The position numbers and the translations under genes were made by a program. Shown here one piece after another: positions 11,175 to 22,115 of a stretch of 32,000 bases of DNA (its first letter is position 1; every line of letters starts with the position of its first letter). Source of the stretch: Synechococcus elongatus PCC 6301 (lineage in GTDB: Bacteria; Cyanobacteriota; Cyanobacteriia; Synechococcales; Synechococcaceae). A model generated the notes under the pieces. The model had not been told where the DNA came from. It made no database searches and worked only from the letters and a program-made list of their open reading frames with translations. The stretch covers positions 510,001 through 542,000 of the forward strand of contig NC_006576.1 in the NCBI RefSeq assembly GCF_000010065.1, written 5' to 3'.

Positions 11175-11618
11175 TTGGCACAGATTACAGAGTTCCGCTC
11201 TGGGACGCTGAACCTTGAGGCAATCGCCACAGCGGTTGACGCTGACAAAAATCAGGTTAAAACAACCTCAGAGTCTTCATCAAAAACTCCAGTGCCTCGT
11301 TTTCTGCGCTGCTTGCCCCGATCGCTAGCCATCAGTGGCTTGAGTTGCAGTTGCTGGAGCTGGGGGGCGATCGCCTCTCCGCTCCCCATCGAAAGACAGG
11401 GTAGTTGTCCTCTGGGCTACTACGCCTCCGGCAGCTACTGTGTCCCGGGGCGGCAAGCGCGACCCGCCGTCCTCAAGCTCGGTAATTGTCCAGTGGGCTG
11501 GTACGCCTCCGGTAACTATTGCCTGGCTAGCCAGACGGCTCGGCCTGTGATCCCTAAGCTTGGATCCTGTCCTATCGGCAGCTATGCCAACGGCAACTAC
11601 TGTGTGCTGACTCGCTAG
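11175..11618 (+). CDS. Hypothetical protein with C-terminal Cys/Tyr tandem repeat
   Basis: Three CPxGxYAxGxYC units near the C-terminus (see repeat feature); hydrophobic stretch before the repeats. Confidence 0.6.
   Translation: MAQITEFRSGTLNLEAIATAVDADKNQVKTTSESSSKTPVPRFLRCLPRSLAISGLSCSCWSWGAIASPLPIERQGSCPLGYYASGSYCVPGRQARPAVLKLGNCPVGWYASGNYCLASQTARPVIPKLGSCPIGSYANGNYCVLTR
11406..11615 (+). repeat. In-frame tandem repeat, period 81 bp (27 aa)
   Basis: Cys codons starting each unit lie at 11406, 11487 and 11568, exactly 81 bp apart: CPLGYYASGSYC.../CPVGWYASGNYC.../CPIGSYANGNYC; linker ARPxxxKLGx conserved. Confidence 0.9.
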
Positions 11619-11627
11619 TGATCGTGC

Positions 11628-13043
11628 CTAGGCAACTGGGGCCGAGTGGGTTTCGCCAACGTGAACCGTCTTCACCCAGCGCAGTTGTTTAGGCCAGAAG
11701 GCCATGCGCATGGTGGTATAGGCCATCACTGGAATCCAGTGCAGCATGTAGATCACACCCAACAGGCTTTGTCCGATTGGCAGGGGATTGCGAGCCTCAT
11801 GCGATCGCGCTTGCCGGATGCCACGCAACAGACTGATCAGCGTCAAGCCCACGGTCAGACCTGCCAAAGGACCATAGAGGGGCGATCGCTTCAGGATCAG
11901 CGCCAAGGCCAAGTCAGGAATAGCAGCGGTCGGCAGGATGTATTGGGTCAACCAGAAAATCGCTAAGTCGACGCTCCGCTGCGGTCCTAAACGGTTGCGG
12001 ACCAACCAAGGCCAATAGTCGAGGTAGCGTTGGTAGCCCCCTTCGGCCCAGCGACGCCGCTGATGCCAGAGCGCCAGACTGCGAACCACCCCTTCTTCTT
12101 GCACGGCGGGATGGATGCAACAGTCAATCCACCAGTGATCAAGATGCAGCCGGAAGGCCAAATCAAGATCGTCGGTAATCGTCTCTTCGTTGAAGCCGCC
12201 GCAGCGCTCGAGGGCGGCTCGCCGGATAAATTGCCCGTTTCCGCGCAGTTCACCAATCCCCCCAATCGCGACCCGCTGTTGTTGCAGGTAAGCATCGAGC
12301 ATCATTTCGACGGTTTGGCCGCGAGTCCAGAAGTTGGTGCCACTATTGGCGATCGCTTTGCGGACCTGCACGGCTCCTAGTTGAGGTTGCTGGAAGCGCG
12401 GCAGCACCTGCTGGAGCAGATCTACTGGAGCTTGGGCATCGGCGTCAAAGACGGCAATGAACTCACCCTGGGTCTGGGGCCAAACTTCATTGAGAGCGCC
12501 TGATTTACCACCGGGAGCGCCCGCCTGTCGCTGGTGCACCCGCAGTTGGGGATAGTGGCTTTGGAGCTCTGCTAAGCGATCGGGCGTGGCGTCGGTGCTG
12601 GCATCGTCGATCACCCAAACCTCGAGGCGATCGCTGGGATAGTCCAAGGAACAAAGGTTGTGAACCAAGCGCTCAATGACTTCGGCCTCGTTTTTGGCAG
12701 CAACAAGCAGAGAAACCTGGGGCCAGTCTTGGCGATCGCTGGGTAACGCCACAACTTCAGCATGACGGTGGGCACCCATCAGCCGCAGGAAATGGATGCC
12801 CAACCCCAGGGCGATCGCCCAAACGATCGGGGCACCCCACAGGCTGAGATGCAGGGCAGCAGTAAGCCCCCATACGGCAACCAAGACTACGGCAGCCTTG
12901 CGGCGGCGACCAGCAGTGTATTGGTAGTAGTCAATCTCGGGAGCAGATGACAACGCCACAGGAGAAGGGGTGACAGTCGCATCCAAGGGTGAATTGAGAG
13001 GCATGGGCAGCGTTGCCGCTAGGGAGCAGTGAACAGGCGTCAA
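11628..13043 (-). CDS. Family 2 glycosyltransferase, membrane-bound (possibly the cyanobacterial monoglucosyldiacylglycerol synthase type)
   Basis: VSLLVAAKNEAEVIERLV, VIDDASTDAT, FDADAQ, and QRRWAEGGYQRY (QxxRW-type) motifs with N- and C-terminal TM segments. The lipid function is inference. Confidence 0.8.
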   Translation of the reverse strand: MTPVHCSLAATLPMPLNSPLDATVTPSPVALSSAPEIDYYQYTAGRRRKAAVVLVAVWGLTAALHLSLWGAPIVWAIALGLGIHFLRLMGAHRHAEVVALPSDRQDWPQVSLLVAAKNEAEVIERLVHNLCSLDYPSDRLEVWVIDDASTDATPDRLAELQSHYPQLRVHQRQAGAPGGKSGALNEVWPQTQGEFIAVFDADAQAPVDLLQQVLPRFQQPQLGAVQVRKAIANSGTNFWTRGQTVEMMLDAYLQQQRVAIGGIGELRGNGQFIRRAALERCGGFNEETITDDLDLAFRLHLDHWWIDCCIHPAVQEEGVVRSLALWHQRRRWAEGGYQRYLDYWPWLVRNRLGPQRSVDLAIFWLTQYILPTAAIPDLALALILKRSPLYGPLAGLTVGLTLISLLRGIRQARSHEARNPLPIGQSLLGVIYMLHWIPVMAYTTMRMAFWPKQLRWVKTVHVGETHSAPVA

Positions 13044-13286
13044 GTCTCTCTGTTCTTATCACAGCCTTCGCTGATTCGGCGGTCGACCCCAGAGGGCGAT
13101 CGCGCTTCATTCCAGTTCTGGACTGCAATCTTGCTTACAATCGGTGATCCCCCGCGCGATCGCTGAAGCCATCTCTTCAACAGCGCGCAAAAAGGGCGGT
13201 GAGCCAACTCAATGAGGGGAGGCTAGGGAGCAGCAGGCAAGGTTGTAAACCCGCTCAATCCAACTCCGTTCCGGATCGGTTTGGTA

Positions 13287-16067
13287 TCAATACCGACGCT
13301 GGCGCACCCACTTTTCAGCTTCGAGGTACACAAAGAGCAGGAGACTGAAGCCCAGACAAATCGCCAGATCGAGCTGGCTGAGGCTATGGGTGCCAAAGAA
13401 CTTCTGAAGCGGGGATACATAAACCAGAGCAAGCTGGAGCAACGCCGTCACAATGACCGAGAGCCAGAGCCAAGGGTTCGTTCGCATCGGTGTTTGGATG
13501 GTTAAGAGATCACTGCGCACTGGGATCGCATGTCCCATCTGGGCCAAGCACAACGTCGTAAACACCATCGTTTGCCAGCGCTTCGGATCTAGCCCCGGTA
13601 ACGGAACCTGCGTGTATTGGTAAGCAATCACCATCAGCACAATCGTGAAGGCCGAGAAGACAACCCCGACCCGCAGCATGTAAGTGCCCAGTCCCCGCGC
13701 AAAAATACTCTCTTGCGGATTGTGAGGCCGGCGCTGCATGATCGTTGGGTCGCCGGGCTCAACTGCCAAAGCCAAAGCGGGAATGCCATCCGTGACCAGG
13801 TTCATCCAGAGGATTTGCAGGGGTGTTAGGGGAACCGCGCCCAAACCTAAAAGCGGGGCGCTAGCGATCGTTAACAGCTCGCCGATGTTGCTGCCGAGAA
13901 TGTACTTAATAAATTTGCGAATGTTGCCGTAGACAATGCGGCCTTCTTCCACTGCCGCCACAATAGTGGCAAAGTTATCGTCCAGCAGAACCATATCGCT
14001 GGCTTCTTTGCTGACATCGGTGCCCGTAATTCCCATCGCCACACCGATATTGGCCTGCTTCAGGGCGGGGGCGTCATTGACGCCGTCGCCGGTCATGGCA
14101 ACAAATTCCCCTTGGCGTTGGAGCGACTCAACGATCCGCAGTTTGTGCTCAGGAGCCACTCGAGCATAAACTTCCACCGATCGCACAGCGGCATCGAGTT
14201 CAGCCCCATTCATGGCTGAGAGTTGTTGCCCCGTCAGAACGGGATGGCCCACTTCCGTGATGCCTAAATCCCGGGCGATCGCCTGAGCAGTGAGCGGGTG
14301 ATCGCCAGTGATCATCAGTGTGCGAATGCCGGCTTGCCGACAGCGCTGGACCGCCTCTCGGACTTCTGGGCGCGGCGCATCAATCTGACCCATCAAGCCC
14401 AGCCAAGTCAGATCTGTCTCGGCATCCTCATCCACATCCGCGATCGCCGAGGGACGGTAGGCAAACCCCAAAACGCGCATTCCTGCGCTGGCCATGGCTT
14501 CTCCTGCTGCCAAGATCTGCTGGCGTGTAGCGGCAGTGAGTGACTCAAGCTGGGCATTACCAAAGCAATGCTGACAGCGTTCTAAGATCAGCTCCGCTGA
14601 ACCTTTGACGAAGAGGACGTAGGGTTGCCCTTCCCGAATCGTTAGGGTCGTCTCTCCCAGATCAGCCACCACCACACTCATGCGCTTCCGCTCAGAGGTG
14701 AAGGGGATCTCATCCTGGCGTGGTAGCACCCGCTGTAGTCCTTCCGGGTCAATTCCTGCCTTCGCAGCCACGGTCAGCAGCGAACCTTCCGTGGGATCGC
14801 CCACAATGCTCCAGTGCTCGCCGCTGGCCACCAACGCTGCATCATTGCAGACCGCTCCCGCGGCCAACAACAGCATCAGGTCGCGATAGTCGTTCGGGAC
14901 AATAATTTCACCCCCAATCAAAAAATGGCCCGCTGGCACATAGCCCTCGCCCGTCACCGTGAAATCGTGGTCGAGAGTATGGATCTGCTGCACCACCATC
15001 TTGTTTTGGGTCAGCGTGCCGGTCTTATCGGAACAGATGGTTGTGACTGAGCCAAGCGTTTCCACGGCGGGTAAGCGCCGAATCAAACTTTCGCGTTGCA
15101 CCATGCGCTGAGTCCCGATCGCCAGTGCCACGGTGATCACAGCGGGTAGCCCTTCTGGCACGATCGCCACTGCCATGCTCAGGCCAACGGAGAGCAAATC
15201 CTCCCAAGACTGACCATTCAGCACCCCCAAACCAACGACAATCGCCACCAGGATCAAAGCGCCGCTGACCAGTACATTGCCCAACTTGTCCAAGCGCTGC
15301 TGAAGCGGCGTCTTTTCACTCTCTACACTTTGGAGCAACGTCGCAATCCGCCCCAGCTCTGTGTTCATGCCCGTGGCATAGACCAAAGCCTGACCACGGC
15401 CCTGCAGGACTTCCGTCCCTTGAAACAGACAGTTCGTGCGATCGCCAATCACCACATCGGTCGGCAATTGCTGATCCGCCAGCTTCTGCACCGCTTCGGC
15501 CTCGCCAGGTAGCGCCGACTCTTTCACCTGCAAGTTGGCACTTTCGACCAAGCGCGCGTCTGCCGGTACTTGGTCGCCTGCCTCCAACAGGATCAGATCA
15601 CCGGGTACTAAGCCTGCGACGGGGATTTCCTGATCGCGATTGTCGCGCCGCACCCGAACCAAAGGAGCCGCCATGCCTTTGAGTGCAGCCAACGCCTTCT
15701 CAGCGCGGCTTTCTTGCAGATAACCCAGCACCGCATTCAGAACCGCGATCACCAAAATTGCGATCGCATCCTTGGGAAATTGGCCATCTCTCAGGTCTAG
15801 CGCTCCAGAGACTACAGCCACCGCTAGCAGCATCAACAACATGATGTTGGCGAACTGGTCCCACAGAATCTGCAATGGGCTGCGGCCTGCTTGCTCCACC
15901 AATTCATTGGGGCCATACAGCGCTAGGCGATCGGCAGCAACTTCAGCAGTTAAGCCATTTCGATGAGCATCGAGCTGTTGATGACATTCCTCAACGGTCA
16001 AACTATGCCAGTGAGCGATCGGCTGGCGAACATCAGTCAACGAGGCTGACACAATAGCACCCTTCAT
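13287..16067 (-). CDS. pacL: P-type Ca2+-transporting ATPase (type IIA)
   Basis: 926 aa; [19 protein letters not shown]-like loop ([12 protein letters not shown]), [22 protein letters not shown]. The length fits my recollection of S. elongatus PacL. Confidence 0.9.
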   Translation of the reverse strand: MKGAIVSASLTDVRQPIAHWHSLTVEECHQQLDAHRNGLTAEVAADRLALYGPNELVEQAGRSPLQILWDQFANIMLLMLLAVAVVSGALDLRDGQFPKDAIAILVIAVLNAVLGYLQESRAEKALAALKGMAAPLVRVRRDNRDQEIPVAGLVPGDLILLEAGDQVPADARLVESANLQVKESALPGEAEAVQKLADQQLPTDVVIGDRTNCLFQGTEVLQGRGQALVYATGMNTELGRIATLLQSVESEKTPLQQRLDKLGNVLVSGALILVAIVVGLGVLNGQSWEDLLSVGLSMAVAIVPEGLPAVITVALAIGTQRMVQRESLIRRLPAVETLGSVTTICSDKTGTLTQNKMVVQQIHTLDHDFTVTGEGYVPAGHFLIGGEIIVPNDYRDLMLLLAAGAVCNDAALVASGEHWSIVGDPTEGSLLTVAAKAGIDPEGLQRVLPRQDEIPFTSERKRMSVVVADLGETTLTIREGQPYVLFVKGSAELILERCQHCFGNAQLESLTAATRQQILAAGEAMASAGMRVLGFAYRPSAIADVDEDAETDLTWLGLMGQIDAPRPEVREAVQRCRQAGIRTLMITGDHPLTAQAIARDLGITEVGHPVLTGQQLSAMNGAELDAAVRSVEVYARVAPEHKLRIVESLQRQGEFVAMTGDGVNDAPALKQANIGVAMGITGTDVSKEASDMVLLDDNFATIVAAVEEGRIVYGNIRKFIKYILGSNIGELLTIASAPLLGLGAVPLTPLQILWMNLVTDGIPALALAVEPGDPTIMQRRPHNPQESIFARGLGTYMLRVGVVFSAFTIVLMVIAYQYTQVPLPGLDPKRWQTMVFTTLCLAQMGHAIPVRSDLLTIQTPMRTNPWLWLSVIVTALLQLALVYVSPLQKFFGTHSLSQLDLAICLGFSLLLFVYLEAEKWVRQRRY

Positions 16068-16971
16068 TTTCGATCAGGACAAGCAGACAGCTGAAAAGTG
16101 TCAATTGCCGATAGCTATGGCAATCAAGTTGAGTTCTGGCAGCAGTATTTCGAGGCAGAGTCAGGTGAGAAATTGGCCTTTTTCGCCCAGAGCATCTCCG
16201 ACTAAGACCCCGAAGGACAACCGAGAGGCGGTTAACTAGGATCCTGCGATCGCCGAGGCTAACCCAGTATTCTCATGGCTACTAAGACCTTGACTCTGTG
16301 ATTATCCACGAATAATCCTCAAAAATGATCATCAGCACTAAAAATTCGTGCTAGATTGAGATAGTGATTAAAATTAGGGAATCAAGTGTTTTTGGAAAAC
16401 TGGTTTTCCTTGTGTTTGCATGCAAAGAAAATTGAAATTTCCGCCAATGATGCGCAGCGTAAAAAATTTTCAGTAGGGGCATAGATTAATCCAGCCATAA
16501 AAATTTTTCAAAAGAAAAACTCGGCCTTGTTATTCAGGCTTTTCAGCTCATTTGACCTGGCAGACTAGACCTTAATACTGAGTCCTAACAATCTTTTTAT
16601 TCAACTCTAGTAGCAACAGCTTATAAAACTTAAGCCCTCTCGAGACTCTTGGATTATTTCACTGCTTGGGCCTCCAGTCTCTAGACACTGCTCAGTCGCT
16701 AGTACACAGGAATAAACAGTAGTTGTACCCATCAAGACCAATACAGTAAATTGCACAGCAGAAATTAAGCCTGTTGCCAAAGCGGTCAAAGAGAAAATGA
16801 GACCAGGAACCCCGCGTAGGATTCAACCAAGGATGGCAATTTTAGGATTCTTACCTGCAGCCCAATCCACAGCCTGAATTCCTGAATAGCAGACTGGTGA
16901 GCTTAGCAGTCTTGTGAGGAGGCATGGGGTCGCCGGTCAGCTCTAGTCCCTGAAAACCAGTCGTCGAAGGT

Positions 16972-17673
16972 CTATTGAGGGAGTTGACTAAGTGCTTGAT
17001 TTTCACCGACAACGATCAAGGCATCTGCCTCAGCTAATTCGGTGTCTGGGTGAGGATTAACGATTAGCTCTTCACCGCGCTGAATCGCTAAGAGAGTGAC
17101 GTTGTAACGACTACGCAAAGCCAGCTGCGACAAACTTTGTCCAATAAATGGAGATGGCACATGAACTTCAACCAGACTGTGATCAGGGGAGAGATCAAAG
17201 CGGGCTAAGACGGCGGGAGCAGTGAGCGATCGCGCTAGCTGAGCACCCATTTCATCTTCAGGGAAAATGACGAGATCCGCGCCGACGCGCTCTAGCAGCT
17301 TGCCATGGACACTGGTAGAAGCTTTAGAGATAACGTGGGGTACTTTTCCTTCTTTGAGGTTGAGCGTTGTAATGATGCTGGCTTCGATGTAGCTTCCAAT
17401 TGCGACAATCACTACATCAAATTCGAGAACCCCCGCTTCTTGCAGAGCTGAATAATCGGTTGTATCCAAAGATAAGCCATGGGAGAGAGCACCGGACTCA
17501 AGTGCTGCATTAACCACTTCGTGATCGTGATCAATGCCTAGAACTTCATGACCCAACTCATGCAAGGTTCTACAAATCGCGCTTCCAAAACGGCCGAGGC
17601 CAATCACAGCATACTGTTTACGATCTTTTGAGAGACGGCGCAAGAATTTCCAAGTACTTTGCTGAACAGTCAT
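16972..17673 (-). CDS. ktrA: K+ uptake regulatory subunit, KtrA/TrkA family (RCK-N and RCK-C domains)
   Basis: YAVIGLGRFGSAICRTLHELGHEVLGIDHD...; C-terminal TrkA-C-like region. Confidence 0.85.
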   Translation of the reverse strand: MTVQQSTWKFLRRLSKDRKQYAVIGLGRFGSAICRTLHELGHEVLGIDHDHEVVNAALESGALSHGLSLDTTDYSALQEAGVLEFDVVIVAIGSYIEASIITTLNLKEGKVPHVISKASTSVHGKLLERVGADLVIFPEDEMGAQLARSLTAPAVLARFDLSPDHSLVEVHVPSPFIGQSLSQLALRSRYNVTLLAIQRGEELIVNPHPDTELAEADALIVVGENQALSQLPQ

Positions 17674-17679
17674 TCTGGT

Positions 17680-19023
17680 TTAACCAACGAGTAATTCTTC
17701 TTCGGGATAACGCAGACGCGATCGGTGGGGATCTCCAAGCAAAGCTTGCATGAGTAGTAAGATTCCAACCCTGCCGATGTACATTAAAGCAATTAAAACG
17801 AGTTGAACACCTGCATTGGCTGTCGCTGTCACTCCCAGATCAAGGCCGACTGTTGCAAATGCAGAAACTGCCTCGAAGAGAAGTTGAATAAATTCCAAGT
17901 CCCGATCAAAAACTGCCATGATTAGCGTTCCCAAAATAATTGTAAAGGAAGAGCCAACCACGACTGCTGTTGCTTTTTGAACAATCCTCTGAGGAATTTG
18001 CCGTTGAAACATTAGAACTGACTCACGACCTCGCAGGACTGAAATTGTACAGCCAATCAAGATAGCTAGAGCCGTTGTTTTCACACCGCCCCCTGTCCCA
18101 CCAGGACTTGCACCTATGAACATGAGAGCGATCGTCACCATCTGTGCAAATAAACTCATTTGAGTTTGATCAATGGTGTTAAATCCTGCTGTACGGGGTG
18201 TCACGGTTTGAAACCAAGCCGCGAGCATTGGATCGTTAATCGGTAGAGGGCCCAACGTTTTGGGATTCAAATGTTCAGCACCAGGAAACAGGAGCCAACC
18301 TCCTATCAACAATCCCAAGGTAGTGAGAATAGCCAAACGAAAATGCAGGCTAAGAGGTGATAAGCGCCGTTTGCCTTTTAACAACTGCCAGCCTTCTAAA
18401 ATAACAGGATAACCAATCCCTCCAAGAACAATTAGAATCGCGATGATCCAATTGACCCGAAGAGATCCGACAAATCCAACTAGGTTATCAGGATAGATGC
18501 TGAAGCCAGCATTGTTGAATGCACTTACACTATGGAAGATTGCCGACCACGCTGCTCCCATCAATGTCTCATGGCGTGACATGAGCGGGGTAAAAAGAGC
18601 GATCGCTCCAACAGTTTCACAAGCTAATGTTGCGATCGCAATCGCTCTGAGAACCTGCCGAATTTGAGCCATGCCTGATCGATCGAGAGACTGCTGAATA
18701 GCAACTTTATCGCGTAGACCAAAGCGCAGTCCCAGTAGCATCAGCAGAAAAGTTGTAGCAGTCATATAGCCTAATCCACCGACTTGAATGAGCAGGATCA
18801 GAACTAATTGACCAAAGGGAGAAAAGTAGGTCCCAACATCAACAACCGATAGTCCCGTTACACAGACTGCAGAAGTTGAGGTGAACAGAGCAGGCAGCCA
18901 CCCGCCCCACTGCCCGCTTGATTGTGACCATGGCAACATCAACAAAAATGTGCCTGCCAAAATAACTGCCAGAAAACCTAGACTAATTGTCCTAGGCACT
19001 GTCAGTCGCCAAGACCTTTGCAT
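17680..19023 (-). CDS. ktrB: K+ transporter membrane subunit, KtrB/TrkH/NtpJ family
   Basis: Multi-TM protein; AVCVTGLSVVDVGTYF, SVSAFNNAGFS, GGTGGGVKTTA, SAFATVGLDLG pore-loop signatures. 6 bp from ktrA, so likely an operon. Confidence 0.88.
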   Translation of the reverse strand: MQRSWRLTVPRTISLGFLAVILAGTFLLMLPWSQSSGQWGGWLPALFTSTSAVCVTGLSVVDVGTYFSPFGQLVLILLIQVGGLGYMTATTFLLMLLGLRFGLRDKVAIQQSLDRSGMAQIRQVLRAIAIATLACETVGAIALFTPLMSRHETLMGAAWSAIFHSVSAFNNAGFSIYPDNLVGFVGSLRVNWIIAILIVLGGIGYPVILEGWQLLKGKRRLSPLSLHFRLAILTTLGLLIGGWLLFPGAEHLNPKTLGPLPINDPMLAAWFQTVTPRTAGFNTIDQTQMSLFAQMVTIALMFIGASPGGTGGGVKTTALAILIGCTISVLRGRESVLMFQRQIPQRIVQKATAVVVGSSFTIILGTLIMAVFDRDLEFIQLLFEAVSAFATVGLDLGVTATANAGVQLVLIALMYIGRVGILLLMQALLGDPHRSRLRYPEEELLVG

Positions 19024-19652
19024 AAATTGCGAAAACAGGGACTTGTCTAAGCTACCTCGAAAGAGACCTCACAGCCTAGATAGAGCAATTGCCCCTTGCA
19101 GGTAAAACCAAGAGACTAGAAATATGAAGCCAGCAGTTGATTGCTTCAGAAAGAACGCTTGCGAATTGCAAGACACTCCGCAATCATAGGAGCCAGCATC
19201 CAGCCAATCTGTGAGGTCAGAGCGATCGCAGTCGCCACCCAAGAATGATGACTCAAAAAAGTCGGAAGATCTGAAATCAGTAGACAGCCAATAAAACTTA
19301 AAAATACCGATTGTGTCCAACCGTTATTCATCGATCTAATAATAGACTCTCGATCTAAAATCTCTGATCAAATTTAGTGATGATGTAGCCTCTGCTACCA
19401 ATCGATTGAACTTAATAATCAACTTCTTACGTTGACCTGATTTGCCTATCGTTCCCATCCCCAAGATAAGTATTTTTGCTTAGATGCTGTTGAACATAGA
19501 CGATTGTCTCTGGTCTAAGATGTCATTTGATTCTTATTTTATGGTGTTTGCATACCAGGGTTAATCGTAAAAGTTTTAGATGTCTTGCGGATGCACTGAT
19601 TAGCTCTGAATCTGCTAGATCCTGAGGCCATAGTCTGTACATACAATTGTTG

Positions 19653-22106
19653 TTAGGTCAAAATCATGCCACCCATCAAGCGTCGGTAGCGAGCCTCGAG
19701 TTCTTGTTTGAGTAAAGGCGATCGCGTTAGCTCAGGATCTTGCTCAATCAACTGCTCAGCCGTAGTTCGAGCCAGATCGAGTACATCTTGATCTTCCACT
19801 AGGCTAGCAAGGGCAAAATCCGGTAGGCCAGACTGGCGTGTGCCCAAGACTTGTCCAGGTCCTCGTAGCCGCAAATCCATTTCAGCAATGAAGAAGCCGT
19901 CTTGGGATTGCTCCATCACCTTAAGGCGCTGTTGTGCAGTCTCGCTGCGCGACGCACTCATCAGTAAGCAATAGGAACGAGCAGCACCACGCCCGACCCG
20001 ACCCCGCAATTGGTGCAACTGGGAGAGTCCAAATCGCTCAGCATGTTCAATTAGCATGACCGTGGCATTGGGGACATCAACGCCGACTTCGACCACAGTT
20101 GTTGAAACCAATATGTCGGTTTGGCGATCGCGAAAAGCAGCGATCGCAGCATCTTTTTCCGCCGAGCTCATCCGTCCGTGCAGCAAGCCAATCTGGAATT
20201 CTGGAAAGACTTGGGAGAGGCGTTGATATTCTTCGATCGCCGATCGCAGATCGAGTTTTTCTGACTCCTCAACCAGCGGCAGGACAACGTAAACCTGACG
20301 ACCTTGGGCAATTTCCCGTCGCATCAAATCATGGGCATGGTGGCGATCGCTCGGCCCTAGAGCAGTCGTTTGAATCGGTTGCCGACCGGGCGGTAATTCA
20401 TCAATTTGGCTAACTTCCAAATCGCCATGCAAAGTCAGTGCCAAGGTCCGCGGAATTGGCGTCGCTGTCATCGTCAGCACATGGGGGTTGACGCCTTTTT
20501 GCTGCAATTTTGCTCGCTGTGCCACGCCGAACCGATGCTGCTCATCAATTACCACGAGGCCAAGATTCTGGAAGTCAACCGGATCCTGAATCAAAGCATG
20601 GGTACCAACCAGCAAAGGTAATTCACCTGTTGCGAGCGATCGCTGAATTTCCCGCCGTTTTGCCGCCCGTGTAGAACCCGTCAATAACTCCACCGGCAGA
20701 TGAAGTTGGGTGCACCAATCTACCAGTTTGCGATAGTGCTGCTCGGCCAAGACCTCGGTTGGGGCCATCAGTGCGCCTTGGTAGCCCGCTTGAATCGCCG
20801 CAAGCAGACTGACGATCGCCACCACTGTTTTCCCTGAGCCGACATCACCTTGCACGAGCCGATTCATTGGCCAAGGTTGCTGCAGGTCCGTCAGGATGTC
20901 GTTGACGACGCGCTGTTGTGCACCCGTCAGTTGAAAGGGCAGGAGTTGATAAAAGCGATCAATCAACTCACCAGTTGGGGCCAAAACCGCCGCTGCTGCC
21001 GCTGCTCGTTGTCGGGCTCGTCGCTGCAACAAGCCCAGCTGGAGGTAGAGAAATTCATCAAAGACCAGTCGCCGGCGAGCCTGTTGCAGAAGTTCTGGCG
21101 TTTCGGGGAAGTGAATGGCTGCGATCGCTTGATTCAGAACCAAGAGCTGATGTTGCTCGCGCAGCACGGTGGGCAAAGGATCCCGCAGTTGCTCTGCAGC
21201 CGGTAACGCCTGGACGATCGCTCGGCGCAGGGTGTCGGCAGCAACGCCCTCAGTCAGCGGGTAGATCGGGACAATTCGACCAACTTTGAGCGAGGCGATC
21301 GGGCTGTCAGGACTGTCGAGAACTTCGATCTCTGGGTTGTCGAGGGTGACGCCGTACTTGCTGCGTTTGACTAACCCCGAGGCCGCAATCATCGTGCCCG
21401 GTGGGTAAAGGCGTCGCTGTTGTTCCTGCCAACCGCGACCACTGTAACGAGTTCCCATGAAAAAGCGGCTGAGCCGGAGCTGACCACTGCCATCGCGCAC
21501 CACCAGCTCCAAGATCGTCAGCTTGGCATTGCGCGGACTGGTGAAGCAGGTACAGCGCTGAACCGCACCGATCAAGGTAGCAGTTTCGCCGGGTTCAAGG
21601 GCGCGAATATTGACTTGGCGGGCGTAATCGACGTAGTTGCGAGGGTAGTGATGGAGCAGATCGCGAACGGTGCGCAGCTCCAGCCGTTCTAGTTGCGCAG
21701 CAACGCGTGGCCCAACACCCTTGAGATAGGTCAGCGCCTGATCTAGCGCCATCTGACCTGTGGTCGTTGCGACGGGCGATTGACTGCGGGGTAAGCGCCG
21801 GACTGGTGGCGAGTTTTCACTGACGCGGGCTTGACTGCGCCGCTGTTGTTCATGAATTTGACGCCGTGTATTAGCCACGAGGTGTTGTCGCTGGCTGGCA
21901 CTCAGGTCGCCGTAGCGTTGATAGGCTTGGGCCAATTGCTGCCAGCGTTCATCTGCGATCGCGGTGGCAGCCTCTTGCAACGCTTGACTGAGAAATTCAC
22001 TGAAGCGAGCCTGTCGCCCAACCAAATCGCCAAAGCCCTGCTCCGCCTCGATCGCCAAGGCTTGTTGCAGGCGACGCCAATCGGGAGCTGGGCTGGCCGC
22101 TGTCAT
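19653..22106 (-). CDS. recG: ATP-dependent DNA helicase RecG
   Basis: LTYLKGVGPRVAAQLERL...; helicase motifs GDVGSGKTVVA, DEQHRFG, TATPIPRT, QLRGRVGRG; cyanobacterial-style N-terminal extension. Confidence 0.96.
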   Translation of the reverse strand: MTAASPAPDWRRLQQALAIEAEQGFGDLVGRQARFSEFLSQALQEAATAIADERWQQLAQAYQRYGDLSASQRQHLVANTRRQIHEQQRRSQARVSENSPPVRRLPRSQSPVATTTGQMALDQALTYLKGVGPRVAAQLERLELRTVRDLLHHYPRNYVDYARQVNIRALEPGETATLIGAVQRCTCFTSPRNAKLTILELVVRDGSGQLRLSRFFMGTRYSGRGWQEQQRRLYPPGTMIAASGLVKRSKYGVTLDNPEIEVLDSPDSPIASLKVGRIVPIYPLTEGVAADTLRRAIVQALPAAEQLRDPLPTVLREQHQLLVLNQAIAAIHFPETPELLQQARRRLVFDEFLYLQLGLLQRRARQRAAAAAAVLAPTGELIDRFYQLLPFQLTGAQQRVVNDILTDLQQPWPMNRLVQGDVGSGKTVVAIVSLLAAIQAGYQGALMAPTEVLAEQHYRKLVDWCTQLHLPVELLTGSTRAAKRREIQRSLATGELPLLVGTHALIQDPVDFQNLGLVVIDEQHRFGVAQRAKLQQKGVNPHVLTMTATPIPRTLALTLHGDLEVSQIDELPPGRQPIQTTALGPSDRHHAHDLMRREIAQGRQVYVVLPLVEESEKLDLRSAIEEYQRLSQVFPEFQIGLLHGRMSSAEKDAAIAAFRDRQTDILVSTTVVEVGVDVPNATVMLIEHAERFGLSQLHQLRGRVGRGAARSYCLLMSASRSETAQQRLKVMEQSQDGFFIAEMDLRLRGPGQVLGTRQSGLPDFALASLVEDQDVLDLARTTAEQLIEQDPELTRSPLLKQELEARYRRLMGGMILT

Positions 22107-22115
22107 AGCTGCAGG

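Noticed and set aside
13018-13230. Short repeated GCTAGGGAGCAG near 13018 and 13225
   Set aside because: A 12-bp match in low-information GC-rich sequence; not enough to support an element.
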